Assembly (NCBI GenBank): GCA_015065205.1
Contig: SVQS01000003.1
Coordinates: forward strand, 1-33,452
DNA: 33,452 nt
Direction: 5' to 3'
Source of the DNA: Oscillospiraceae bacterium
GTDB lineage: Bacteria > Bacillota > Clostridia > Oscillospirales > CAG-272
Part shown: in pieces, positions 16,501 to 24,434 of the stretch
Position numbering within the stretch: position 1 is the stretch's first letter
How the letters are laid out: each line of letters opens with the position of its first letter
Translations under genes and position numbers: made by a program
Notes under the pieces: model-generated
The model's input: the letters and a program-made list of their open reading frames with translations, nothing else
Told to the model about the DNA's origin: nothing
Databases searched by the model: none

Positions 16501-18760
16501 CGTGACTGCTATTGCATCGACTTACTACGAAAAGGGGAAGCAGATCTCCGCCCACGATTCTTACAAGGGGATTCGCAATGCCCGTAAGGTGAAAGAGTTC
16601 CTTGGCAAAGAGGATGAACCGAGTGCAGAGGATATAAAGATCATCGAGTACGTTTCTCATATTTATGAAGCTGTTATTCCCGTCGTTCTTGCTTCCGAGC
16701 TTAGCCGTGGCGATAGCCCCGCGACCTATACCAAGGGAATTCACGGCATCGCGCGCATTTACGGAGCAAAATATCTCTCGGAGATATTGTCCGCTATGGG
16801 TAACGATACCCTTGACAGAACCGCATATTACGGTTGGGGCGAAGCAAGTAACCGCAAAGGCTCGCTTTCCTACCTTCTTTCCGTTTGTATCCCGTCCGAC
16901 GAGGATTCTGTAGATACGCTTCGTGCGGCTCTTTCGGGGAAGAAGATCACCACCAAGCGCTTGATCGAAGCGGCATTGTTCTCTCCCGAGTGGATACCGA
17001 TCATTGGCAAATATCTTGAGATCGATTCCTTTGAATCGGTTTGCTACTACTTTATGGCGCACATGAACGAAAGGTTCGACGACAAGCGCAAGGCGATGAT
17101 CGCAAGATTTACGCCCCTTTCGGAGGACGAATTGAATCTCGGTGCGTTTGACGTGAATTGGTTCCATTCTGCATACGATTCCATCGGAGAAAAGGAGTTT
17201 GACCTGATCTACGATGCCGCCAAGTACATTTCCGATGGTGCAAAGCATTCCCGCGCGAGAAAGTATGCGGATGCGACACTTGGCAAATTTGGTGTGGACG
17301 AGACCGAAAAGACCGTTTCCGACAAACGAAACAAAGACCTTTTGATGGCGTATGCACTCATACCGCTTTCGGGCGAAGACGATATTTGCCGCCGCTATCT
17401 TTATATCCAAAGATTCCGCAAGGAAAGCCGTCAGTTCGGTTCACAACGTGTAGCAAGCGAAGGGAAAGCTGTTGAAATGGCGCTTACCAACCTCGCGATC
17501 AACGCGGGATATTCCGATACGATGCGTCTCACCTTGCGTATGGAGACCAAGGTCATCGACGACAGCCGAGCACTTCTTGAAGAACAGATAATCGAGGGGG
17601 TATCCTTAAAGATAACACTTGATGAAAACGGCAAGGCAAGTCTTGTTTGTGCAAAGGACGGCAAGACGCTCAAGAGCGTTCCCGCAAAGCTGAAAAAGAA
17701 TGAAACCGTTGTGGCTCTTACCGATATGGTCAAAACGCTCACCGAGCAGTACAGACGCACACGGGTGATGCTTGAGAGAGCAATGGAAGACAGCACCATC
17801 TTTACCTTTGGTGAGCTTTCAGCACTGTCGGCGCATCCCGTGGTTTATCCGATGCTCAAAAATCTCGTGCTGATCAGCGGCGATGCCGTTGGCTTCCTTG
17901 CCGACAACGGACTTGTGAATGATAATGGAACGATACAGCCTCTTGACGATAGTGCGAAAATCAAGATCGCCCATCCGTTTGATCTTTACAGCAAGAGCTG
18001 TTGGAGAGATTATCAAAAGTATCTCTTTCAAAACAAGATCGCACAGCCCTTCCGCCAAGTATTCCGCGAGTTGTATGTCAAGACGGCAGAAGAAATGGAT
18101 ATGTTCCATTCTCTCAGATATGCCGGCAATCAGATACAGCCCGCCAAAACAGTCGGTGCGCTTAAGAGCCGCCGTTGGGTAGCGGATATTGAGGACGGTC
18201 TGCAAAAGGTTTATTACAAAGAGAACATTGTGGCGCAGATCTATGCGCTTGCCGATTGGTTCTCGCCTGCGGATATTGAAGCTCCCACGCTTGAATGGGT
18301 GTGCTTTACCAACCGAAAGACAGGTGAAGAGATCAAGATCGCGGATATTCCCGACATCGTATTCTCCGAGGTCATGCGCGACGTTGATCTCGCAGTCAGC
18401 GTAGCGCACGCAGGCGGTGTCGATCCCGAAACAAGCCACTCCACAATCGAGATGCGTGCGGCTATTCTTTCCTTTGTTCTGCCTATGTTCCGCATAGCAA
18501 ACGTCAAGGTAGAAGGTCATCACGCCATCGTGGACGGCAAGCTTGCAGAGTATTCGATCCACCTCGGAAGCGGTGTCGTGCATCAGATTGGTGCTGCAAT
18601 GATCCCCGTCCTGCCCGTCCATTCACAGCATAGAGGAAAGATATTCCTGCCTTTTGTGGATGACGATCCCAAGACAGCCGAGATCATATCCAAGGTTCTT
18701 TTGTTTGCAGAGGATGATAAGATCAAGGATCCTATGATATTGTCAAATATCAGTAAGTGA
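13511..18760 (+). CDS. Large DUF4132-domain (YehI/MolR-like) protein with helical-repeat N-terminal region
   Basis: RBS AAGGAGG. C-terminal motifs 'LKSVPAKLKK', 'IAHPFDL', 'QPFRQVFRELY', 'FSEVMRDVDLAVSV', 'YSIHLGSG', 'FLPFVDDDPKTAEIISKVLLFAEDDKIKDP'. HEAT-like repeats around aa 500-610. Confidence 0.85.
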   Translation: MADNVSEKYEAMMKKKKLAEAYAEKFRKREELLKEKLSKGQYDFFKNQGQFLDQTIYSNLVTAMRNPSTVPSEYVSKKLGWLFDFAIPSREKDVILYFADRLQEYPYSDSYSRRSFRAKGNGAYASKLAYMIRQYGNANMNVVDEPLDKIITGEVSEQAKAYLDGYAWRGCGYTGWQVAYALDHHNSKVEEAVRRILTEENGSGMMTNELIRGVVFSHRSDFHELLGKLLLAARLQEGLRQVICENADYGTKACFLTILKVIAEDNLIRFSSVKRAVGTWLGILTEEARDLDRVSEKSVRLIIDCLEDENARKKHLASEDAMKIYIALWSYGLDDIDDAIQKIVQIANNGSIHQLLVAGYFVANLDLPYLSNQIAKIVLKKHYDKDEVLAVWLPCFMPTRVSALWNAIRNEQPIEYNTWFDSKAEIHEHYQLIKELYSAFSGKTKTFSPCVFPWYEAKIAKSDFAELLCTLTALLGDNEKIDEACGLIKECDSNQRQTYFYALLHNPKTPLQRKTVLEGLVDRETYTRKSAYTIVSQMKLSADEYHSIEEYLRFKGADIRKNVIELLLRQNDSELTACIGRLLENSKEEVRLGGLDMLLQLKKDAKRHKITESFASILSQRAKADDLPSKEKILLDSLVPAKAETKTEAVKLFCAEDKYLPVEFDAEYTELCAKTFAEYFPDSKLPELIRGKKRGMNFFDKIKSALTDPVACKSATVAAMDILSLSKLIDEHKRDPFVNSWGETVLFGNVPPHSPHLEDKDGKFVFAELWDEWKKTNGITNARLVRALVLFKAYRKKTHFSVTCAETIRTVFGAGFERGENLPYPAIIAMILSHLLDCVPKEELSQLASAIAIWFIGCVPDNMVMIHAPTQEKLPMQLEMAHLLAHAQLYQIYKWLKCENNADLKNTFPLAVASAERCVAAFKKIPKEETKIGNSYYYIGDSRIRVLHEPHESMYGSRNPLVGVNAYLFAAYQGIITKAQLFEFLLDADNLRESMETVTAIASTYYEKGKQISAHDSYKGIRNARKVKEFLGKEDEPSAEDIKIIEYVSHIYEAVIPVVLASELSRGDSPATYTKGIHGIARIYGAKYLSEILSAMGNDTLDRTAYYGWGEASNRKGSLSYLLSVCIPSDEDSVDTLRAALSGKKITTKRLIEAALFSPEWIPIIGKYLEIDSFESVCYYFMAHMNERFDDKRKAMIARFTPLSEDELNLGAFDVNWFHSAYDSIGEKEFDLIYDAAKYISDGAKHSRARKYADATLGKFGVDETEKTVSDKRNKDLLMAYALIPLSGEDDICRRYLYIQRFRKESRQFGSQRVASEGKAVEMALTNLAINAGYSDTMRLTLRMETKVIDDSRALLEEQIIEGVSLKITLDENGKASLVCAKDGKTLKSVPAKLKKNETVVALTDMVKTLTEQYRRTRVMLERAMEDSTIFTFGELSALSAHPVVYPMLKNLVLISGDAVGFLADNGLVNDNGTIQPLDDSAKIKIAHPFDLYSKSCWRDYQKYLFQNKIAQPFRQVFRELYVKTAEEMDMFHSLRYAGNQIQPAKTVGALKSRRWVADIEDGLQKVYYKENIVAQIYALADWFSPADIEAPTLEWVCFTNRKTGEEIKIADIPDIVFSEVMRDVDLAVSVAHAGGVDPETSHSTIEMRAAILSFVLPMFRIANVKVEGHHAIVDGKLAEYSIHLGSGVVHQIGAAMIPVLPVHSQHRGKIFLPFVDDDPKTAEIISKVLLFAEDDKIKDPMILSNISK

Positions 18761-18855
18761 TTGAGGCATATTGAGCTTGAACGACTTACATAGGTTAGTT
18801 GATATCAGTAGAATGTCAATTTTTACGAAAGTTAAAATTGTTTGATAAGTCAACA

Positions 18856-18892
18856 GACCCCCGAGGCAAATTTTGCGCTTCGGGGGTTCTTT
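18856..18892 (+). terminator. Terminator of the cargo operon
   Basis: gacccccgaggc-aaattttgc-gcttcgggggtt-cttt. Confidence 0.7.
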
Positions 18893-19008
18893 GTAAAAAG
18901 GAAAAGTTTTCAAGATAAAAAGTCTTGTTTCAAAAATAGATGTAAGTTAACATTGAAGGGGCAAGTTTCTAACAAAGACAAAAACATCCGTTTTTATGCT
19001 TTATAAAC

Positions 19009-19145
19009 TTGTTAGCGATTAAATTAAACCTAAAAATAACGCATTTTCAGAAAAACAAATCTTGTTAGCGAATAAATTAGACCTGAAATGCTTAAAATTG
19101 CTCAAAAACACCGCAATCTGTTAGCGATGAAATTAGACTGTGACA
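19009..19145 (-). repeat. Distal transposon end: three spaced 21-bp putative transposase-binding sites
   Basis: Inverted copies at 19009-19029, 19062-19082 and 19118-19138 (53 and 56 bp apart), then terminal tgtgaca. Confidence 0.9.
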
Positions 19146-19160
19146 GTAATTGAAAGAGAA

Positions 19161-19262
19161 TGCAGGGGGGGAACTTTTTTCCAAAAAGTTCCCCCCCTGC
19201 ACCTCCTTCAAAAACTTTTGCACAAAAGGGAAGGAGAAGCCGTCGGTTCACAAACAGACGGA
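19161..19262. repeat. Structured dispersed repeat, partial inverted copy C
   Basis: Hairpin tgcagggggggaactttttt-cc-aaaaagttccccccctgca, then cctccttcaaaaactt and ccgtcggtt...aacagacgg, matching the 3' half of copies A and B in reverse orientation. Confidence 0.75.
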
Positions 19263-19284
19263 ACGTCAGACAAATTCGGATAGG

Positions 19285-19324
19285 AAAACCGCCCCAAGAA
19301 GCCGCGTGGCTTCTTGGGGCGGTT
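19285..19324 (-). terminator. Terminator of the hydrolase gene
   Basis: 17-bp stem aaccgccccaagaagcc-gcgt-ggcttcttggggcggtt, 9 bp from the stop. Confidence 0.8.
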
Positions 19325-19332
19325 GGGCTTTA

Positions 19333-21114
19333 TCAGCCGGTCAATGTGTTCGTTACGGTTAGTATACAAGCCGTAATCGCCATAATGATACCGCCGATGT
19401 AGGGGTTTTTCGTTTTCTTGTAAATGGTGTGGCTGATGAGAACCGACAAGGGAAGAATCACTACGATGGGGAAGAGCCAAATGCCCATAATGCCGGTAAT
19501 GGGGTCCAGCACCATCTTGCCCGTAATAAAGAACTTGGTGTATTGGATCGCGATCATCGTTGCAGGGCCGATGAAGACCCAGAACATTTGTGACAGAACA
19601 GAGGAGCGTTTGGTGTAGGTATAGCAGTTTGTGCATACGCTGGTTGCAATGTAGTAAACAAGCCAAAAGGGCAGGAAGCAAAGAACCTTAACCAGATGTT
19701 TTGCTTCAAACGCTCTGATGGTCGCAAAGCACCAGAGTCTGTAGTCGGTCAAGAAGAAGTAATCTGACAGGAATACCAAGAGGAATGCCGAAGTGACCAC
19801 CGCAAGTGCGAGAACGATGGTACGGAACATCATTCCCTTGCCAAGCTTCGCGCCTCTCTCATAGCGGTCGATGAAGGTGTGTTTTCTGATCTTGCGAATG
19901 GTGCCTATGGTAAACAGACCGCAAAGCAGCGACCACGCACCGATTGCAAAGGAGCCGCCTTGGTTCCAGATAGCAATTAGCATAGAGCCGACAAAGCCGA
20001 TAATAAAGCCAATAAAGTAGAAGGGAATGCTCCATACTGCACCCCAGAAGCTTCTACGGCGAGCCTTCTTTTTAGCAACATCCTCAAGCGCCGGCCAAGG
20101 GGTAACGGGAGCCTCTGCCTTCAGGACGGCAAAGTAGGGCAGGTTCAAGAGGGCAAAGGTAGCGGCGACCACAAACATAAAGAAGCCAACAATGCCCAAA
20201 GCATTGAATGCCGCCTTGAATTGCCAAATCTGATTGGTATGCTCCAAGGAGATGGGAGCACCTAACGCACGGTAAAAGAAATCGGTGCTAAAGCTGACAA
20301 CGTCACCCGAAAAATGCGCCCATGGGTGCGTAATTGCGGGATTGTAGATTGCGCGAATGGCGGTTTCACCATCTATTTTTTGCGCGTAGAACTCACCTGC
20401 GGTGCGCTTTTCAAGCCCCGTGGGGTCAACACCGAAGTGCAGGAAGGATTGCGCGGTAACTTGATCGATGTATTCACGGGGCGGGTTACCGTCCACACGG
20501 TGGAAGAATTCGTCGTATTGACAAGCAACGATGGCGGCATCTCTTGTGCCGAATTGGTTGTAGAAGTTGCCGTCCTCATCATAATACACTGCATCGTTGG
20601 AAACGAGCAGAGCGGCGGCAATGAGACCTTCACTGTCTTGTAATACGGCCTCGCGGCAGGCAAGAGCACCGTTGGAGTGTCCGGTTACGCCGATTTTGGT
20701 CGTATCAACAAAGGGGAGAGAGGCAACGTACTTTACGCCGTCGTAAAGTCCGTTGGCGTTGTTTTCGTCATCCCACCAGGTGTTTGATTCGATTGCTTCC
20801 GAGTCGCCGTGGCCGTACATACTAATGGCGAGCACAACGTATCCGCGGCGGGCATACTCAACGTAGTTGAGGTCCTGCATCTCGCGGTTGTTGTACCAAC
20901 CGTGGCTGACTACGATGGCGGGGGCTTTGTTTTCCGGAGTGGCTGTTTCGGGAACGAGCAAGAGGGCGTCGAGCTCGTGGCCGCTGTTTGTTACAAATGT
21001 CATATCGTGATATTCCACCCGCCCAAAGTCGGATTGGAAGATGCACGCTCCAAGAGAACTGATCAGGCATACGATCAAAGAAATGATAACGAGGGACTTT
21101 GCTTTCAATTTCAT
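19333..21114 (-). CDS. Alpha/beta-hydrolase fused to a multi-pass membrane domain
   Basis: RBS AAAGGAG before ATG 21114. 'PAIVVSHGW', 'MYGHGDS', nucleophile elbow 'GVTGHSNG'. About 8 hydrophobic segments in the C-terminal half. Confidence 0.85.
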   Translation of the reverse strand: MKLKAKSLVIISLIVCLISSLGACIFQSDFGRVEYHDMTFVTNSGHELDALLLVPETATPENKAPAIVVSHGWYNNREMQDLNYVEYARRGYVVLAISMYGHGDSEAIESNTWWDDENNANGLYDGVKYVASLPFVDTTKIGVTGHSNGALACREAVLQDSEGLIAAALLVSNDAVYYDEDGNFYNQFGTRDAAIVACQYDEFFHRVDGNPPREYIDQVTAQSFLHFGVDPTGLEKRTAGEFYAQKIDGETAIRAIYNPAITHPWAHFSGDVVSFSTDFFYRALGAPISLEHTNQIWQFKAAFNALGIVGFFMFVVAATFALLNLPYFAVLKAEAPVTPWPALEDVAKKKARRRSFWGAVWSIPFYFIGFIIGFVGSMLIAIWNQGGSFAIGAWSLLCGLFTIGTIRKIRKHTFIDRYERGAKLGKGMMFRTIVLALAVVTSAFLLVFLSDYFFLTDYRLWCFATIRAFEAKHLVKVLCFLPFWLVYYIATSVCTNCYTYTKRSSVLSQMFWVFIGPATMIAIQYTKFFITGKMVLDPITGIMGIWLFPIVVILPLSVLISHTIYKKTKNPYIGGIIMAITACILTVTNTLTG

Positions 21115-21157
21115 AGGGGGAGCTCCTTTCGGTTTTTTAATTTGGGGTCGCAGTTCT

Positions 21158-21256
21158 ATTATATCATGAAATATATGGGATTGCAACAGAAAATGGGCAA
21201 TACGCTGTGCAAGTTTGTATTTTTATCTTGCAATCTATCAAGATTTCTGTTATAAT
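21158..21256. promoter_or_regulatory. Back-to-back divergent sigmaA promoters
   Basis: Minus strand TTGCAA-17-TATAAT (21186-21158). Plus strand TTGCAA-17-TATAAT (21228-21256). Both have extended TG. Confidence 0.75.
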
Positions 21257-21287
21257 GAGAAAAACCGACCGAAAGGAGCGTTTTGAT

Positions 21288-21833
21288 ATGACGGTATTTG
21301 AAAGAGAATTGAAAATCATTCGCAAAGAAATCATCAAACATATTGTTTTGGCGTGTGTTTCTGCTATTCCGGGATTGATACTTGCAGTGTTCGCTTTTGG
21401 AAAAGCATCTCCGTTACCTATGCTCATTATATCGCTCGTTTTCTTCGTGCCTGCTGCCGTATTATTGAGCGGTGCTATGAAACGTAAGAGCATACATAAA
21501 CAATATGCAAGCATTCAAAATACGCAAAAGTTTTACGATGTAAACTTGAAAAATCCAAAGGTGAAATTTCTTCTTGTCTCGCAAGGAAGACAGTCGTTTT
21601 CAAGGTCTTTGTTGGGTGTTGTGCTGATTGGCGAGAACCAAAATCGCTATTATTACATTTTGCCCGAGACTGTTTTGTTAAATTGGGAAAGCCTTGTTTT
21701 GGCACAGAACAAAATAAAAGAAAGATTCAACCGCGAAATTTGCATTCAATGCTACGAGAACACCAACGTGATTCGCTCTGTTGAAAAGGATGTTCATTTC
21801 TTGCGTTTTCATCGTGGTAAGCTGTGTGACTAA
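21288..21833 (+). CDS. Hypothetical membrane protein (two N-terminal TM helices)
   Basis: RBS AAAGGAG before ATG 21288, own promoter, two hydrophobic segments. Confidence 0.7.
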   Translation: MTVFERELKIIRKEIIKHIVLACVSAIPGLILAVFAFGKASPLPMLIISLVFFVPAAVLLSGAMKRKSIHKQYASIQNTQKFYDVNLKNPKVKFLLVSQGRQSFSRSLLGVVLIGENQNRYYYILPETVLLNWESLVLAQNKIKERFNREICIQCYENTNVIRSVEKDVHFLRFHRGKLCD

Positions 21834-21932
21834 TGGGGCTATACCTACAAGCTTTTGCACAAAAAGGGATTTGAAGATACAGATAGACACAAAGGGATAG
21901 CGCATTTGCTATTCCTTTGGTTTTTTGTACGC

Positions 21933-22113
21933 AAACAACTTTCCTAGCGCGTGGGGTCTCGGTGGTGCCCACGCGCTCGCGACAGCAAAGCGCGTCGTAT
22001 GGCGCGCGTCAACTGTCTGTTAGCACACTAACGACTTGTTTTTATAGACCCCTTTGTGCGAGAGTTTTTGGGAGGGGTGTGGGGAGACCTTTTTGCAAAA
22101 AGGTCTCCCCACA
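21933..22113. repeat. Structured dispersed repeat, copy B
   Basis: Aligns with 6801-6973. Terminal hairpin tgtggggagaccttttt-gc-aaaaaggtctccccaca. Confidence 0.8.
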
Positions 22114-22170
22114 ATAACGCATCCCACATCGCAAATTTATATATTTCATATATAAAACTTTCAAAAAGGG

Positions 22171-22199
22171 TTGACTTTTATTTTGAAATGCGGTAAAAT
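22171..22199 (+). promoter_or_regulatory. sigmaA promoter of the yicC-gmk cluster
   Basis: TTGACT-17 bp-TAAAAT. Confidence 0.7.
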
Positions 22200-22235
22200 A
22201 ATAATGTATAGGCTTTTTTGGAAAGGAGTTTTGGT

Positions 22236-23123
22236 ATGATCCGCAGTATGACAGGATTCGGCCGCTGCCGTGCGACGGTAGAGGGTTTGGATATTACGGT
22301 TGAGATCAAGTCGGTCAACAGCCGCTTTTTGGATTGTACCGCCAAGATCAGCCGCGCCTACGGATATCTCGAGGAGCGCATCAAGCCCTACCTGATGAGC
22401 CGCGGTGTGACGCGCGGAAAGGTGGACGTTTGGATCTCGGTGGAAGTGATGGATTCGGGCAGTGTGCAGATCACGGCTGACGAAGGGTACTTGCAAGGGT
22501 ATCTTGAGGCTCTTTACACTCTGCGCGACAAATACGGCTTGCGCGATGACATCTCTGTAATGACGGTTGCGCGCAATCACGATATCTTCCAAATCAAAAA
22601 GCCCGAAGAGGACATTGAGCGCGATTGGGAAAGAGTTTTGACGGTTCTTGCAAAGGCTGTCGATACATTCCTTTCTGTTCGCGAGCGCGAGGGTGAGCGA
22701 CTTGCCGAAGATCTGCGAGGCAAAATGCAGAACATCAAGACGGCAACCGCACGCATTGAAGAGCTTTCCGAGGCTGATGTTTCTACTTATCGTGAAAGAC
22801 TTGCCGAGAGAATCCGCGAGGCGCTCAACGATAATCAGATCACGCCCGATGAAAATCGCCTTTTGACCGAGTGTGCCATTCACGCCGACAAGGTTGCTGT
22901 TGACGAAGAAATGGTTCGTTTGCGCACACACTTTGGCGCATTTGAGGAGATCCTTTCCTCGGGTGAGCCTGTCGGTCGAAAGCTCGATTTTTTGATGCAA
23001 GAAATGAACCGCGAGATCAACACCACAGGCTCCAAATGCTCCGATGCACAAATTGCGCATCTGGTGGTGGACGTCAAGTGCGAGCTTGAAAAGATCCGCG
23101 AGCAGATACAGAATCTGGAGTAA
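22236..23123 (+). CDS. yicC: YicC/YloC family endoribonuclease
   Basis: '[10 protein letters not shown]', '[11 protein letters not shown]', '[21 protein letters not shown]', '[13 protein letters not shown]'. RBS AAAGGAG. Confidence 0.95.
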   Translation: MIRSMTGFGRCRATVEGLDITVEIKSVNSRFLDCTAKISRAYGYLEERIKPYLMSRGVTRGKVDVWISVEVMDSGSVQITADEGYLQGYLEALYTLRDKYGLRDDISVMTVARNHDIFQIKKPEEDIERDWERVLTVLAKAVDTFLSVREREGERLAEDLRGKMQNIKTATARIEELSEADVSTYRERLAERIREALNDNQITPDENRLLTECAIHADKVAVDEEMVRLRTHFGAFEEILSSGEPVGRKLDFLMQEMNREINTTGSKCSDAQIAHLVVDVKCELEKIREQIQNLE

Positions 23124-23143
23124 TTCCAAAGGAGTGGCAAAAG

Positions 23144-23419
23144 ATGAGATTTATTAACGTCGGCTTTGGCAATATGGTGGCAGCCGAGCGCATCACCATT
23201 CTCGCAAGCCCCGATTCCGCGCCTATGAAACGCCTTGTGCAGGATGCAAAGGACGATGGCAGAGCCATTGACGTCACCTGCGGTCGTCGCACACGCGCCA
23301 TTATCATTACCGATTCGGAGCACGTCGTTCTGTCGGCTCTGCAACCCGAAACCATTGCCAACCGCTTGGAAAACAACACCGCTGATGAGGATACTCTCGA
23401 TGCGGAAAGCGACAACTAA
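23144..23419 (+). CDS. remA: RemA/DUF370 family regulator
   Basis: 'INVGFGNMV', '[10 protein letters not shown]', '[27 protein letters not shown]'. Conserved position between yicC and gmk. Confidence 0.93.
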   Translation: MRFINVGFGNMVAAERITILASPDSAPMKRLVQDAKDDGRAIDVTCGRRTRAIIITDSEHVVLSALQPETIANRLENNTADEDTLDAESDN

Positions 23420-23432
23420 AAGGAGACGGACG

Positions 23433-24035
23433 ATGCAAAAAGGATTGTTGATTGTTATCTCCGCGCCCTCGGGTAGCGGAAAGAGCACGGTGCGCGAGGA
23501 GCTGATGCGCCGTGAGAATTTTGCTTATTCGGTATCTGCCACCACGCGTCCCCCCAGAGCGGGAGAGGTGAACGGTGTGGACTACTGGTTCGTCACCCGT
23601 GAGCAATTTGAAGAAAAGATCAAAAACGGCGATATGCTGGAGCACGCCATATACAACGGCAACTACTACGGCACCCCTCTGCGTGAGGCTTTGCGAGTTG
23701 TCGAGTCGGGACGCAACCTGCTTCTTGAAATCGAGGTTGAGGGTGCGATGAACATCAAGCGCCAATATCCTGAGGCAGTTCTTATTATGCTGCTGCCGCC
23801 CTCTTTCTCCGAACAGGAGAGAAGACTACGCTCTCGCGGAACCGAGACCGACGAGGTCATTGCGGGGCGCCTGAAGCAGACTTATGAGGAAATGACCTAT
23901 TTTGACAGATACGATTATTTTGTTGTCAACGAAACCGTTGATAAATGTGCTGACGATATTCAAGACATCGTTCACGCAGAAAAGTGGGCGGTCAAGCGCC
24001 ACCTTGAGGTTCCCTCTACCTATTTTGAGGCTTAA
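23433..24035 (+). CDS. gmk: Guanylate kinase
   Basis: P-loop 'SAPSGSGKST', 'SVSATTRPPRAGEVNGVDY', 'YYGTP'. RBS AAGGAG before ATG 23433. Confidence 0.96.
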   Translation: MQKGLLIVISAPSGSGKSTVREELMRRENFAYSVSATTRPPRAGEVNGVDYWFVTREQFEEKIKNGDMLEHAIYNGNYYGTPLREALRVVESGRNLLLEIEVEGAMNIKRQYPEAVLIMLLPPSFSEQERRLRSRGTETDEVIAGRLKQTYEEMTYFDRYDYFVVNETVDKCADDIQDIVHAEKWAVKRHLEVPSTYFEA

Positions 24036-24076
24036 TACATCAAACGCAAATTTTGCACAAGCAAGGAGATAAAATT

Positions 24077-24421
24077 ATGCTACACCCTACCATTGAAGAA
24101 TTGACGAAGGGCGAATACAACCGCTACGAGCTGGCACTTGCCACCGCAAAGTGCGCGCGTCTTATCACCGAGGAGTACGTTCGTCAGCATGATGCTGCCG
24201 AAAAGTCCATCACCGGTAACAAGGAGACCGACCGTCCTTTGAATACTATGATCGACCGCGAGCTGCGCGACGAAAAGGCTGTTCACGTAGCCGTTAACCG
24301 TCTGTATGCCGGCGAGTATGTGATCGATATGAACGCAAACGAAGCCACCGAAGCTGAAGAAGAGACACAAGAAGCAGTGGCTGATGAACAAGCAGAGGAC
24401 TTTTTGTCCGATGCTGAGTAA
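24077..24421 (+). CDS. rpoZ: RNA polymerase omega subunit
   Basis: 'MLHPTIEEL...NRYELALATAKCARLI...KAVHVAV'. Position after gmk. RBS AAGGAG. Confidence 0.8.
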   Translation: MLHPTIEELTKGEYNRYELALATAKCARLITEEYVRQHDAAEKSITGNKETDRPLNTMIDRELRDEKAVHVAVNRLYAGEYVIDMNANEATEAEEETQEAVADEQAEDFLSDAE

Positions 24422-24434
24422 GTAGGAGATACAC

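Larger units (their letters stand above)
12689..19145. mobile_element. Non-autonomous Tn7-like (TnsB/Mu-type DDE; IS21-type ends not excluded) mini-transposon, 6457 bp, inserted at the typA stop codon
   Basis: Left end tgtcaaggtctaatttcattgctaaca. Right end (reverse complement) tgtcacagtctaatttcatcgctaaca. 5-bp TSD GTAAT at 12684-12688 and 19146-19150. Seven 21-bp sub-terminal sites. No transposase ORF inside. Confidence 0.85.

Noticed and set aside
18770-19008. Homing spacer or mini-CRISPR (CAST-like) near the distal end
   Set aside because: By eye I found no repeat-spacer-repeat and no match to the typA 3' end.
23235-23432. Long N-terminal extensions in the ORF track (gmk here; also gdhA, 29606, 21207, 21186)
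   Set aside because: They overlap upstream genes or promoters. Downstream ATGs have clear RBSs and fit the family N-termini.
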